64,000 nucleotides of DNA from Lytechinus pictus. Its lineage: Eukaryota. The stretch covers positions 7,132,001 through 7,196,000 of the forward strand of contig NC_087245.1 in assembly GCF_037042905.1 (NCBI RefSeq), in the 5' to 3' direction. Positions 53,062-64,000 of this stretch are shown here, piece after piece. The notes under the pieces were generated by a model. That model searched no databases. It was not told the origin of the DNA and saw only the letters and a list, made by a program, of their open reading frames with translations. Made by a program: the position numbers and the translations under genes. The stretch's first letter is position 1; the number at the start of each line of letters is the position of its first letter.

Positions 53062-56000
53062 TAGTATCCCGTAATTAGTAACCAACTGGAATAAAATTAT
53101 TGGAAATGGTTTTTTGACTGATTTGAGTAGGTATGGGTGTCAACATTTACCAAAAAAAAGTTAGGAGGAATACGGGTTGGGGAAAGTGCTTTTTTCAAGG
53201 TCAAAGGTCAATGACATTTTCGTACATACTGTATAATGGTATCTCCCAGATAAAATATTACAGGTTGGTGATCATGGTGTCAAAATGCACAGATTCTTAC
53301 AAGAAGATCAAATAAAATCAAATCAAGTACCTACAATGCTCATTCACCAAATGAATGAAATTCAAGGTCATAGCCTTTCAAAGCTCAATGACCTTTTTTT
53401 ACATTGTATACCATATACGGTATAATGGTATCTCTGAGATGAAAAGGTGCAGGTTGGTGATCTAGGTGTCAAAATGCAGAGGTTCTTACAGGAAGATCAA
53501 ATAAAATCAAATTAATTACCCAGAATGCACATTAAACAATAAAATTCAAGGTCAAAGCCTTCTAAAGGTCAATGACCTTTTTCTACATTATATATCATAT
53601 ACGGTATAATGCTATCTCTGAGATGAAAAGGCGCAGGTTGGTGATCTTGGTGTCATAATGCACAGATTCTTACAAGAAGATCAAATTAAATCAAATCAAG
53701 TACCTACAATGCTCATTCACCAAATGAATGAAATTCAAGGTCATAGCCTTTCAAAGCTCAATGACCTTTTTTTACATTGTATACCATATACGGTATAATG
53801 GTATCTCTGAGATGAAAAGGTGCAGGTTGGTGATCTTGGTGTCAAAATGCAGATGTTCTTACAGGAAGATCAAATAAAATAGAATTAAGTACCGAGAATG
53901 CACATTAAACTATAAAATTCAAGGTAAAACCCCATTCAAAGGTCAATGACCTTTTTTACATTATGTATCATACTGTATAATGGTATCTCTGAGATGAAAC
54001 GGCACAGGTTGGTGATCGTTGTATCAAAATTCCCAGATTCTTACAGGAAGGTCAAATAAGATAAAGTTAATCACCTAGAATGCATACTAATCCATAACGT
54101 TCAAGGTCAAAGGTCAGTGACCTTTTTACATAGGTTATATATCGTATAAAGGTATCTCTGAGATAAAACGCTGCATGTTGGTGATTTTGATGTCAAAAAG
54201 CAATTTTTGCAAGAAGATAAAAAAAGACTCAAAATAATCATACAGAATAATCCAATATCCAAAGTCAAAGGTCAAAAGTTGATAAATATTTATATGTCCA
54301 TGCATGATTCCCCCCAAAAAAAATAATCCATTATATTCACATTTTATTTGTGAATAGTAGAAAGAAAGATAACTATTTGTAATGAAAACTTGGAAGTCTA
54401 ATAATTTCACTCTGAAATAAGGATGAAAAATGGCCATGGAAAATATATTTAGGAGTTAAAGGTCAATCAACTATGTCCATAACGTCAGGGAATTTAAATA
54501 AATAGGTCAATATAACGTGATTGTGGCATGTAGGTATAGTGATTCTGATGGGAAAAAGACTGACCTGCGTGGAAAAAGAACACACATCTAATAGTTGAAT
54601 CCTTGACCAATGATGATGTCAAAATACAAGTTCGAGGTAAAATTTGATCAAGATTCATCAAATAGCACTTTTTCTTATAATATACTGTAATGCATTGACA
54701 AAAGTGTTTAAAAAAATAATGTGTGATATAATTTGAAATGGTGACAATGGTGAAGTTACCTAAAGTAGGAGCATTTAGATATGCATTTTATAAATCTAAA
54801 TCAAGGTACTAATTTCTCTGTAGCAATAGGTCACTAACCCCAAATGCTACAATCAATACTATAACACTATAACTTAATCTGTAAATGGAAAGGATAGGCC
54901 TAACTCTTAGTTATGGCAAGCATCATCCGAGAACATTTTCATATAGCCAGGGACAATGACGAAGAATTAAAATAAGGCAATCATTAGAGCTGCAGCTTTT
55001 GTCATAGATGAAGTTAAGTGTCTCAACTTCAGCAAAGAGTAATTGAACTCTTGAAAACCTTCTAACATTTTCAAGACTTTGATCTGGCCCATTCAATGAA
55101 AGCCTTACGTTCTGTCAAGGGATATCAGACAAGGATCTATATTATTACTGATAATTGCACAGCTTGATTCTCAAGAACTGGAAGTGGTGCTGTAGTTTTG
55201 TCAGGTCGATGGATGTGTACTTGTAAGCTATTATCTCCTTTTGAATTTCATTTTTATATGCCTAATTTGTGCATGATAACAATCAGTTATTCTGGACCAA
55301 AAACATGATCCTTTTACAAACTGATACCTAGTAGAAATAGCGTCATGGGTGACGTACCGCAGAGATCAGATATGAAGTTTGTCTTGCAGCATTAGCATCA
55401 CAAGATATTCTGGCAGCTCGCAATGAACTGATGAAAGGTAATTAATAATAATACGGGAATTCACTTTTGTTGAAGTTGATATATATGTAACTTACTACAT
55501 GTATGACAGAAGCTGCAGCTCTAATGATGGCCTTCATTTCATCATCATCATCATCCCTCTGCTGTTTGGAAATGCTCTCAGATGATGCTAGCTGTGACAT
55601 GAGAGGTAGACCTGTCCTATCCATTTTCAGATTAAGCTAATAGTTTATAATATTTATTTTAGCATTGAGGTGAGTGGCCTATCGCTGGAGAGAAAAGGCA
55701 CGACAACCTTGATTTAAATATAATGATGCATTAAATGCTGCTACTTAAGAAAAAAATTCATTTCAAATTATATACTTTTTTTCATTTATTTTTTCAGTGC
55801 TTTTGGCAATGCATCGCAGTATATGAAAAAGTGTTATTTGGTTATCAACTTTTTTTACTTAATTTCCACTGATATTTTGGAAAGGGCTCATTGACCTCTG
55901 ACCCCTAAATACATTCTTCATGGCCTTCATTATTTCAGACCGAAATTATGAAACCTCCATGTTTTCATTACAAATTAGCCATGGTTATTTACATTATTCA

Positions 56001-56908
56001 GATATAAAATATGAACACAAAAGATATTGTTTTTGGTTATTTTTATGTCATATAGATTATATATTTCCTCTGATCTAGGATTTAAAGGGTGAAAGTTTAT
56101 TCCTTATACTTATTTTAGTGTTGTTTAATCTTCTTGTACAAGTCTTTGGATTTCGGCACCAAGATCACCAACCTGCGGTGTTTTATCTCAGAGATACCAT
56201 TATTATCTAATGTTAAAAAGGACATTGACCTTTGTCCTTGAATTTTATGGGTGAATGTGCATTCTCGATGCTTAATTTTATTTTATATTCTTGTAAGAAT
56301 ATGCGTGTTTTGACACCAAGAACACCAACCTGCACCGTTTTATCTTAGAGATACAATTATATAATATGGTATATATATATATATATATAGTATAAAAGGT
56401 CATTGACCTTTGGCCTTTAATTTTATGCGTGAATGTGCATTCTAGGTACTTAAGTTTATTTTATTTGATCTTCTTGTAAGAATCTGTACATTTTGACACC
56501 ATGATCACCAGCATGTACCTTATCATCTCAGAGATACCATTATACGGTATGGTATATAATGTAAAAAAGGTCATTGACCTTTTGAAAGGCTTTGACCTTG
56601 AATTTTATAGGTGAATGTGCATTCTAGGTCATTAATTTTATTCTATTTGATATTCTGGTAAGAATTTGTGCATTTTGACACCATTATCACCAACCTGCGC
56701 CTTTCCATCTCAGAGATACCATTATACAGTATGTAAGAAAAAGGTCATTGACCTTTGACCTTAAAAGAAAGCACTTTCCCCAACCCGTATTCCTCCTAAC
56801 TTTTTTTTGGTAAATGTTGACACCCATACCTACTGAAATCAGTCAAAAAACCATTTCCAATAATTTTATTCCAGATTGGCTCTTTTGGGGTCTAATTTAG
56901 GGATACTA
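53062..56908. mobile_element. Academ-like non-autonomous element with long TIRs built from ~186-bp tandem units
   Basis: TAGTATCCC...GGGATACTA; 3-bp TSD ATA; near-perfect inverted match about 53085-53190 vs 56770-56873; units repeat in 53190-54200 and inverted in 56130-56760. Confidence 0.75.
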
Positions 56909-57037
56909 ATAGCTATGTGGACACTTTGAACCTACATGGACATTTCAAATCCCTAATCGGACATCCGTATTCTTATGCGGACATTTGCTCATGAACACGG
57001 ACATTTGAATTACCTACTTTTCATCTATTCATTTATT

Positions 57038-57040
<3 letters not shown>

Positions 57041-57114
<74 letters not shown>
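57041..57114. repeat. (AT)37 microsatellite at the 3' end of the Tx1-like element
   Basis: Seen directly. Confidence 0.97.
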
Positions 57115-57117
<3 letters not shown>

Positions 57118-57270
57118 AATGCATAAATGTAGCAACTTATACAACAATAAATATAAATTATACATTCATGTAAAAGAAAAATCAACTTTTTTTTTTCTCT
57201 TTCACCCATAACAGGGGCATTTATTTTCAACAAAAAATCCTTTCATATACACATCGTTTTTAAACAAAAC

Positions 57271-60200
57271 TCATAGATACATTTCCAAAGCAACAGGCAA
57301 ATTATACATTTCTTTCTTACTTCTTTTCCTCAGAATCTTATTGATATCTAATCTTAATTTCAATTCTCTGACAAAAGTAAACCATAATTTATTTTCTCTT
57401 TCTTCTTTTCTATGTAAGTTTTTAAAAATTAACATCTTATAAATACTCCAAGGTGCTATTGTTATAATATCATCAATCTTCTTTTCTTTGTAATTTTTCA
57501 ACAAAATATCGACATGAAAACAAAGGTCTACGTCATACACATTTTTAATCATTATGAATAAATTATAAAAGAAATGCCTATTCAAACTACAATACAAAAA
57601 AGCATGTATTAAATCTTCTTTGATATCACAAACTTCACATTTATCATCATTGTCCAATTGCCATAAAAACAACATCCTCTTCGTAGGAATCAAGTTATAC
57701 AACAATTTTAAATTGAATTGTTTCAATTTGTTTTCCCCTATATTTTTCAAATTTCTCTGAAAGACATTCTTCCAATTTATAGGACTATCGGCAAAGTCAG
57801 CCCAATGTGTAGGAGCGTCGTTTGTTTTGTCATGTGTTAATAAAATGTAGTAAAATAGCTTGCTGGAACAAAACTTAAGTTGTTTGTCTTTTCCCTTCAG
57901 TGGTATTTTTGGAATGTCCAACGTAATACCATCTGTTAAATCATTCAACCATATTTTCGGTATCGCCCTTTGTAGTTTAGAATAATCAAACAGGGCTCTT
58001 GCTTTTGTTTTCTCGGATTCAAAATATTCTTTCAGTTTCGTAAGAGATACAAATTTTCCTTCTATACAAATATCTTCCAGAAAAATTATTTTGCTAGCGT
58101 ACCAATCTCTATAGAAAAATGGTTGATTATGATATACAATATATTTATTATACCATAGAATCTGTGTGTTCGATAACAACTCATCTTTTTTTGTGGATTC
58201 TTTCAAGTGTGACCATGATTTTATAATCTCAACATAAAATTTTGGCAATTTGTTAACAAACCATTTTCTATCATGTGATTATCCATAGTACAGTTAAGAA
58301 CTAGTCTGACACCCCCAACTGATTCCAAATTCAATAAAGCAAAATCTTTCCAATAACCACTTGTATCGTCAACTATTCTCGCCAACCATTTCAATCTGAA
58401 ACTCTGTATTAATTTATGAATGTCGATCATTATAATACCACCATCCTCATATTCCTTTACAATTGTCATTCTCTTAACTTTGTCAACTTTCGCGTTCCAT
58501 AAAAAATGGTAAATTATCTTCTCCAGTTTCTTTACTATCTGGTGAGGAACTGGACAAAACATAAGTAAATGAATTATTTGACTTACAAGTAGAGTCTTGA
58601 TAATAAGGACTCTTCCTATAATTGTGAGATCTCTTTTCCTCCAATTGTCCACGATTCTCTGTATCTTTTGTAATTTGGTTTCCCAGTTCAATTTCACAAC
58701 CTTATCTAGGTCATGGTCTATATGAACTCCTAAATATTTAATACAACCTTTCGTCCACTTCAAACCATATTTATCAAAATTCCAATAAGTTTCCGTAGAG
58801 CCTAATAACCATTTCAGCATTGTTTTGTCTTTATTAACAACCGGCCCGGCCACATGTCCAAATTTATCTAATTCTTCCATAATATATTGCATAGACGATT
58901 TCTCTCTCAAAAACACAGATGTATCGTCTGCATATTGTAAGATTTTTAATTCTGTTCTTTTGTTGTGTTCAAATAGAATTCCTTTAATTTTGTCATTTCT
59001 TCTGATTCTTTCTGCTAGGGTTTCTACCACCAAGATAAACAACATTGCCGATAGGGGGCAGCCTTGTCTTATGCCTCTACAGATCTGAAATGTTTGCGTT
59101 CTCCAACCATTGATTAGTATCGAACTCTCCACTTTTTCATACATTAATTTAACCCAACATCGGAAGTCTTCGCCGAAATTAAAATGACTCAAACAGCTTT
59201 CAATAAAATCAAATTCAACGGAGTCGAATGCCTTCCGAAAGTCAACTAACATTAAGGCACCTTCTAAATTGTACTTTTTCATATAATCAAAAACATCTTG
59301 CGTAAGTCTAATATTAAAACCACTCATTCTGTTTTTTATGTAACCTACCTGATTTTCATGAACAAGTTTTGATAACACTTTATGTAACCTGTTTGATAAG
59401 GCAGCGGCCATTATTTTGTAGTCGTAATTTAACAAGGTTATTGGCCTCCAGTTATTCAAATCTTCAATCTGTCCTTTTTTGTGAATCAACGTAATAATTC
59501 CTAACCGTTGGGTTTTTGACATAACCTTATTACTAAAATTTTCATTTAGAGCATTGACCAACATAAATTCAATATCGTCCCAAAACTCGAAAAAGAATTC
59601 GACGGGTAAACCGTCTGCTCCCGGACTTTTGTTTTTGCTCATCTTAAAAGCAGCAATTCGACATTCTGAATATGTTAATAGTCCTTCACATTTTTCTTTG
59701 TCTGTTTCATTTAACTTATTTACAACGGAACCTACAAAATATCTTAAATATCTTCTTTTCGTATATGTTTACTGGCGTATAGTTCTTTGTAAAAAGAAAC
59801 AACCTCATTTAGAATCTGTACTCGTTTCGTAATAATCTTATTATCTTTTCGTATTTTAGTTATATTTCTTTTCTGGGCGTTTTTCTTTTCTAGACTCAGA
59901 AAATATTTTGTATTCTTTTCGCCCTTTTCTAGCCATTTGATTCTAGCTCGTACACTTGCTGCTTTACAATCTCTTTTATACAGTCTATCTAAATCACTTT
60001 TAATACAGAGGTACTCTTTTCTAGACACATCATCAATGTTACCTTGTTCATCAATTTTCCTAGTTATCTTAGCAAATCTTTCTTCTAAGCTTGTCTTTGA
60101 TTCTTTTGATTTATGCTTCTTTCCAATACAGTATGTTTGTGTAAATTCACGACATCTAATCTTTGTAAGTTCCCATCTTTCAGAGAAACTAAGATTCATA

Positions 60201-61040
60201 TTTTCAATGTTTCTAATAATTTTTCTTACTTTACTTTTATACGCATCATCTTTCAGAATATGCGTATTTATTTTCCAGAATCCTGGACCTTTCTCCACTT
60301 TACCTATCAACACCTTTAAAAAAATAGCGTTGTGGTCACAACGTACAGATGGACGTATATCACACATCATTATTTTTGCTTTCAGATTCTTATTTACCAG
60401 CCAATAATCAAGGCGTGATGCCAAATCTAAAGATACATTTCTCCAAGTAAACTGTCGTTTGTTTGGATTAAAACGTCTCCATATATCACATAAATCAAAA
60501 TGTTTGATAATAGCTTTAAGATTTTGTGGTGTCTTATAATAAGTATTCGGATTTCTTTTCACGTCTTTAGTTGGGAGAGGATGGAATTAAAGTCTCCACC
60601 TATTACTAACTCGCTATCTAGAGGTCTGTTCGACTCGATCCACCTATAAAGCTTTTTGAAGAATCGTTCTCTGTATTTCTTTTCTGTGGGTGCATAAATA
60701 TTTACTATACATAGATTACAATTACTAATCATAATATTTAACATAATCATCCGTCCTTCTTGACCATAAATTATGTTATTGAAAGTTATTGGTAAATCTT
60801 TTGAAATAAGAATGGCGACTCCTCTGGCATGATTAGATCCATTTGAACAAAAAACCTGCCCTTTCCATTAATTTCGAATGATTTAAAAATATTATCTGTA
60901 CAATAAGTTTCTTGTAATAACAATATGTCTGTTTTCTGATGCTTGCTCCATAACAGGATTGCGTCTCTTTTTTCTTTACTTCTGATACCTCTAACATTCA
61001 AACTAATCAAGTTGCAGTATTTGTTTTTTATTCCTGGCAT
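57271..61040 (-). pseudogene. L1/Tx1 ORF2 (APE endonuclease, RT, C-terminal Cys/His motif) broken by about four frameshifts
   Basis: SLNVRG, LQET, NIYAP, GGDFN, SRLDYW, KSPGADG, NWRPITLLN, DFRKAFD, RGIRQGCPLS, QYADD, KYLG, CEVC...EDLIHAFLYC; frame changes near 60870, 60570, 59745, 58255. Confidence 0.9.
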
Positions 61041-61097
61041 AGGTGATTTATTTACACTATTTACACTCTGTTATTGTCAGAAATCGGAAGCAGCTTC

Positions 61098-62012
61098 CTA
61101 TTTCTTTTTTGCTGGTTTGCTCCTGATTTTTTGTTTCCGCTTACCCTTGGCGAACTTTTTCCCATCCTTCGGTAGTTTGGGGGAATCTGCTGACATATCG
61201 GAGTACTCTTGCTCCTCATCTTCACGCGTATCAGCATCTTCAAACTCTTCGTCACTCTCTGAATCTCCTTGTGAATCATTTTCACGCACCTTTTCTGTAG
61301 AGATGAATTGAGTGATCTTTGCTTGGGCTCGAGGTATCTCGTTGCTACTTGATGCTTTGTTGCTCTGTACCTTACGATCACGCTGATTCATCTCAATCTC
61401 GCGTTCTAGCTCATTTCCATTGGAATTTCTCACTGAAGGCGTATCTATCTTCTTTTGTACAGGACCCGATGGTTTCGAAGTAGGGGCAACCGTATATTCG
61501 TTGTTCGGGTAATGGGCACAATCCATAGCCTTGTGACCAGGCTGGGAACACTTTCTGCAAACAACATCGTTGACACATCTTGAAGCATGATGCCCCTGTG
61601 TTAGACACCTAGAACACAGGGTGGGGGCTTTGTCCTGCCCTTCATGGTAAATACGTGCTTTGAATCCACCCATATTCATGGCTCGCGACAGAGGCGTTGT
61701 GGGGGGTGCGATGAACAGCATTCGATCACCTGTGTAGCAGTCGGTCAGAAGACCATTTACTCTTAATTTCATCCTTTGCATTCTACTTAGCACTTTGCAT
61801 TTCTTTTTTTCGATTTCGTTAGCAATTACTTCGTCTTTCACAGACAAAGGGATATCCTTCACGATGACTTTCAAAGATGTAGTAGGGTCATGGCGATTCT
61901 GGAAGGGGTTTGTGTCGTAGATGGGGGCAGACACTCCTCTTATGTTGAGTCCTGTAGATATCAGAGCAATTCTATCGACTCTATCTACAAAGTAGATCCT
62001 CCAGAGTCCTCC
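61098..62012 (-). CDS. L1/Tx1 ORF1 (gag-like), N-terminus missing
   Basis: CSRCLTQGHHASRC and CRKCSQPGHKAMDC CCHC knuckles; acidic then basic C-terminus. Confidence 0.85.
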   Translation of the reverse strand, partial: GGLWRIYFVDRVDRIALISTGLNIRGVSAPIYDTNPFQNRHDPTTSLKVIVKDIPLSVKDEVIANEIEKKKCKVLSRMQRMKLRVNGLLTDCYTGDRMLFIAPPTTPLSRAMNMGGFKARIYHEGQDKAPTLCSRCLTQGHHASRCVNDVVCRKCSQPGHKAMDCAHYPNNEYTVAPTSKPSGPVQKKIDTPSVRNSNGNELEREIEMNQRDRKVQSNKASSSNEIPRAQAKITQFISTEKVRENDSQGDSESDEEFEDADTREDEEQEYSDMSADSPKLPKDGKKFAKGKRKQKIRSKPAKKK

Positions 62013-62591
62013 AAGAAAAATCAACATAATATGGTTAGAGGCAACCAAAAAGATTAAAATCTTTTTTTAGGCAGGTGCCCCTTTGAAAGTATTAGATTTA
62101 ACATGGACGATTGGTTCCAATCAGTGGACATTTTTTTATCTGTATTTGTTTTTTGTATGTTTAATCGGGGTACTGGGAACGATTTTTTTGTTGTTGCTTG
62201 CTTGGGGTCCGAAATTTGACAAGCAAAAAATAAAGGGTTTCACTGCAAAATGAAGGTCGGTTTGGTCTCAAGTAATATGACAAGCAAAAAAAGCAATTTT
62301 CCTCATATATATTTGATTGATTGATCATTTATTCCATTCTCATAAAAACATATTTACACAATTATTACAAACAATGCATATGTATATACAAATATTAAAA
62401 TCGAAACAATAATGCATAAAAAATGTTCATCATTTACAAAGATTAATAATGGAAAAGGAGAACCTTTGGAAAAGCCTGATATGGCTTTGCAAATTAAAAG
62501 TTCTCACAAAAATAGGTATAATTTACATTAATATCTTAGAACATAGATTATACATCAGAAAGTTAAGAGAAAAAAATACAACAAACGAGAC

Positions 62592-62631
<40 letters not shown>

Positions 62632-63078
62632 AACAACATATTTATCCAATGTGCCACATCTTCTAGAATTTCAGGTGGTGCTGCCTATGGAGAGTTGCTT
62701 CAGCACCGCCTCACAGGGCCATGTGTTTAATAGTATTTAAATGAATCACTATCAGTGGCATACAGTGGGTCACGGCATGGGGGGGCCACGAGCAAAAATT
62801 TTGAATCACCACATACTGAGCGCACTTCGCGCACTGTAGCTGAAAAGAAACACTTTAAGGACTGTTGGTAGAAATCCTTGAAAATGATATAAATACCACT
62901 AATCAAAATAACACAAGCGCGAAGCGCGAGCTGATTTTTTTATATTCATACCTGAAAACGAAACATTATTTGTAACCAAATTGTTGTAATTTTTTTGTTA
63001 TCATGCTACGTACGTGTCTTGCTAAGCAGAGGAATGACTTGAAATTATTGTACATATTGATAAAAAAGGACATCTTAA

Positions 63079-63610
63079 AGGTCAAGTCCACCACAGGAAA
63101 TTGTTGATTTGAATAAATAGAGAAAATCAAACTGGCATAAAGCTGAACATATCATCAAAATCGGATGTAAAATAAGAAAGTTATGACATTTTAAAGTTTC
63201 ACTTATTTTCAAAAAACATGCAGTGTTATGCACAACTCAGTGACATGCGTATGAGACAGTCGATGATGTCCCTCACTCACTATTTTGTTTGTTTTTTATT
63301 CTTTGAATAATACAATATTTCATTTTTTACAAATTTGACAATATGGACCAACTTGACTGAACCATATAGTATTAAGCTATGCTAATTCCATATGTTCAGG
63401 GAGGAATTATTGTTGTTTCACTTGACAATATTTCATATAATAAAATACAAAAGAAATAGCGAATAGATGATGTCATCAGTCTACTCATTTGCATGCCGAC
63501 CCGGATGTGCATATAACTGTTTTTGTAAAATTAAGCGAAAGTTTAAAGTGTCATAATTTTAGTTTACATCCGATTTTGATGAAATTTTCAGTGTTATTTG
63601 TTGGATTTAT
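63079..63610. mobile_element. Kolobok-type MITE, partial
   Basis: Begins TTAA|AGGTCAAGTCCACC; imperfect internal inverted symmetry; right end missing. Confidence 0.6.
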
Positions 63611-64000
63611 GCACGTTTTATGCACGATAACTGCACATTGTATCTTTATGCACGATAACTGCACAAGAACGTTTGTATCGTCTCGAACCTAACCATTTGT
63701 ACTAACTTTGAATCAGACCTCAACTTGAGTATGTTTCATGTGCATGGATGCTGTAAGAGGGACACACACGCACCACGCACACTGCACCTAGCACACTGTA
63801 TATAGTGCACCAAGAATACCACCACAGGATCACCACATCACCTGAAGCACTGGCAGCACCTGACACAGTACAACCCTCTCCAGGACAGCGTGTACGCTTT
63901 TGGGGAGAGTACTTCTTCAAGGTTCAAGGAATTTCGAAAATCGGATGAAGGAGATCATTTCGTCAACAGACATCACACAGCCTTAACTGGTATTGGGGGG

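Larger units (their letters stand above)
57115..62012 (-). mobile_element. L1/Tx1-clade non-LTR retrotransposon, nearly full length, 5' truncated within ORF1
   Basis: ORF1 with zinc knuckles followed by ORF2 EN-RT-Cys domain. Confidence 0.92.

Noticed and set aside
63714..64000. Possible next exon of the YWTD/HYR gene after tttgaatcag
   Set aside because: The phase-1 frame stops after about 29 codons and shows no recognisable domain.

Overview
AT-rich, repeat-dense eukaryotic genomic DNA with spliceosomal introns. The SINE, MITE and LINE repertoire and a HYR-domain exon suggest a marine invertebrate, probably a sea urchin (inference). Two divergently oriented, intron-containing host genes can be rebuilt by hand from phase-consistent GT-AG exons that the ORF track only partly shows. 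(1) A minus-strand multi-pass membrane protein (5 exons, 9908->4205, continuing past position 1) whose layout resembles gustatory-receptor-like 7TM ion channels and which carries two N-terminal CxxC motifs. (2) A plus-strand secreted or surface protein (36498->49368+) with a signal peptide, a YWTD/LDLR-B-like propeller and a HYR domain, frameshifted at a (TA)n run in exon 3. The rest is layered mobile DNA: an apparently intact CR1-group LINE ORF, decayed RTE, L2-group and L1/Tx1 LINEs, tRNA-derived SINEs, three Academ-like elements, hAT-type MITEs with clear TSDs and a recurrent GCGAAGC mini-hairpin motif, Tc1/mariner-type MITEs, a 3.76-kb foldback element with 1418-bp arms, and two locally templated insertions. 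No CRISPR, rRNA or true tRNA genes were seen.
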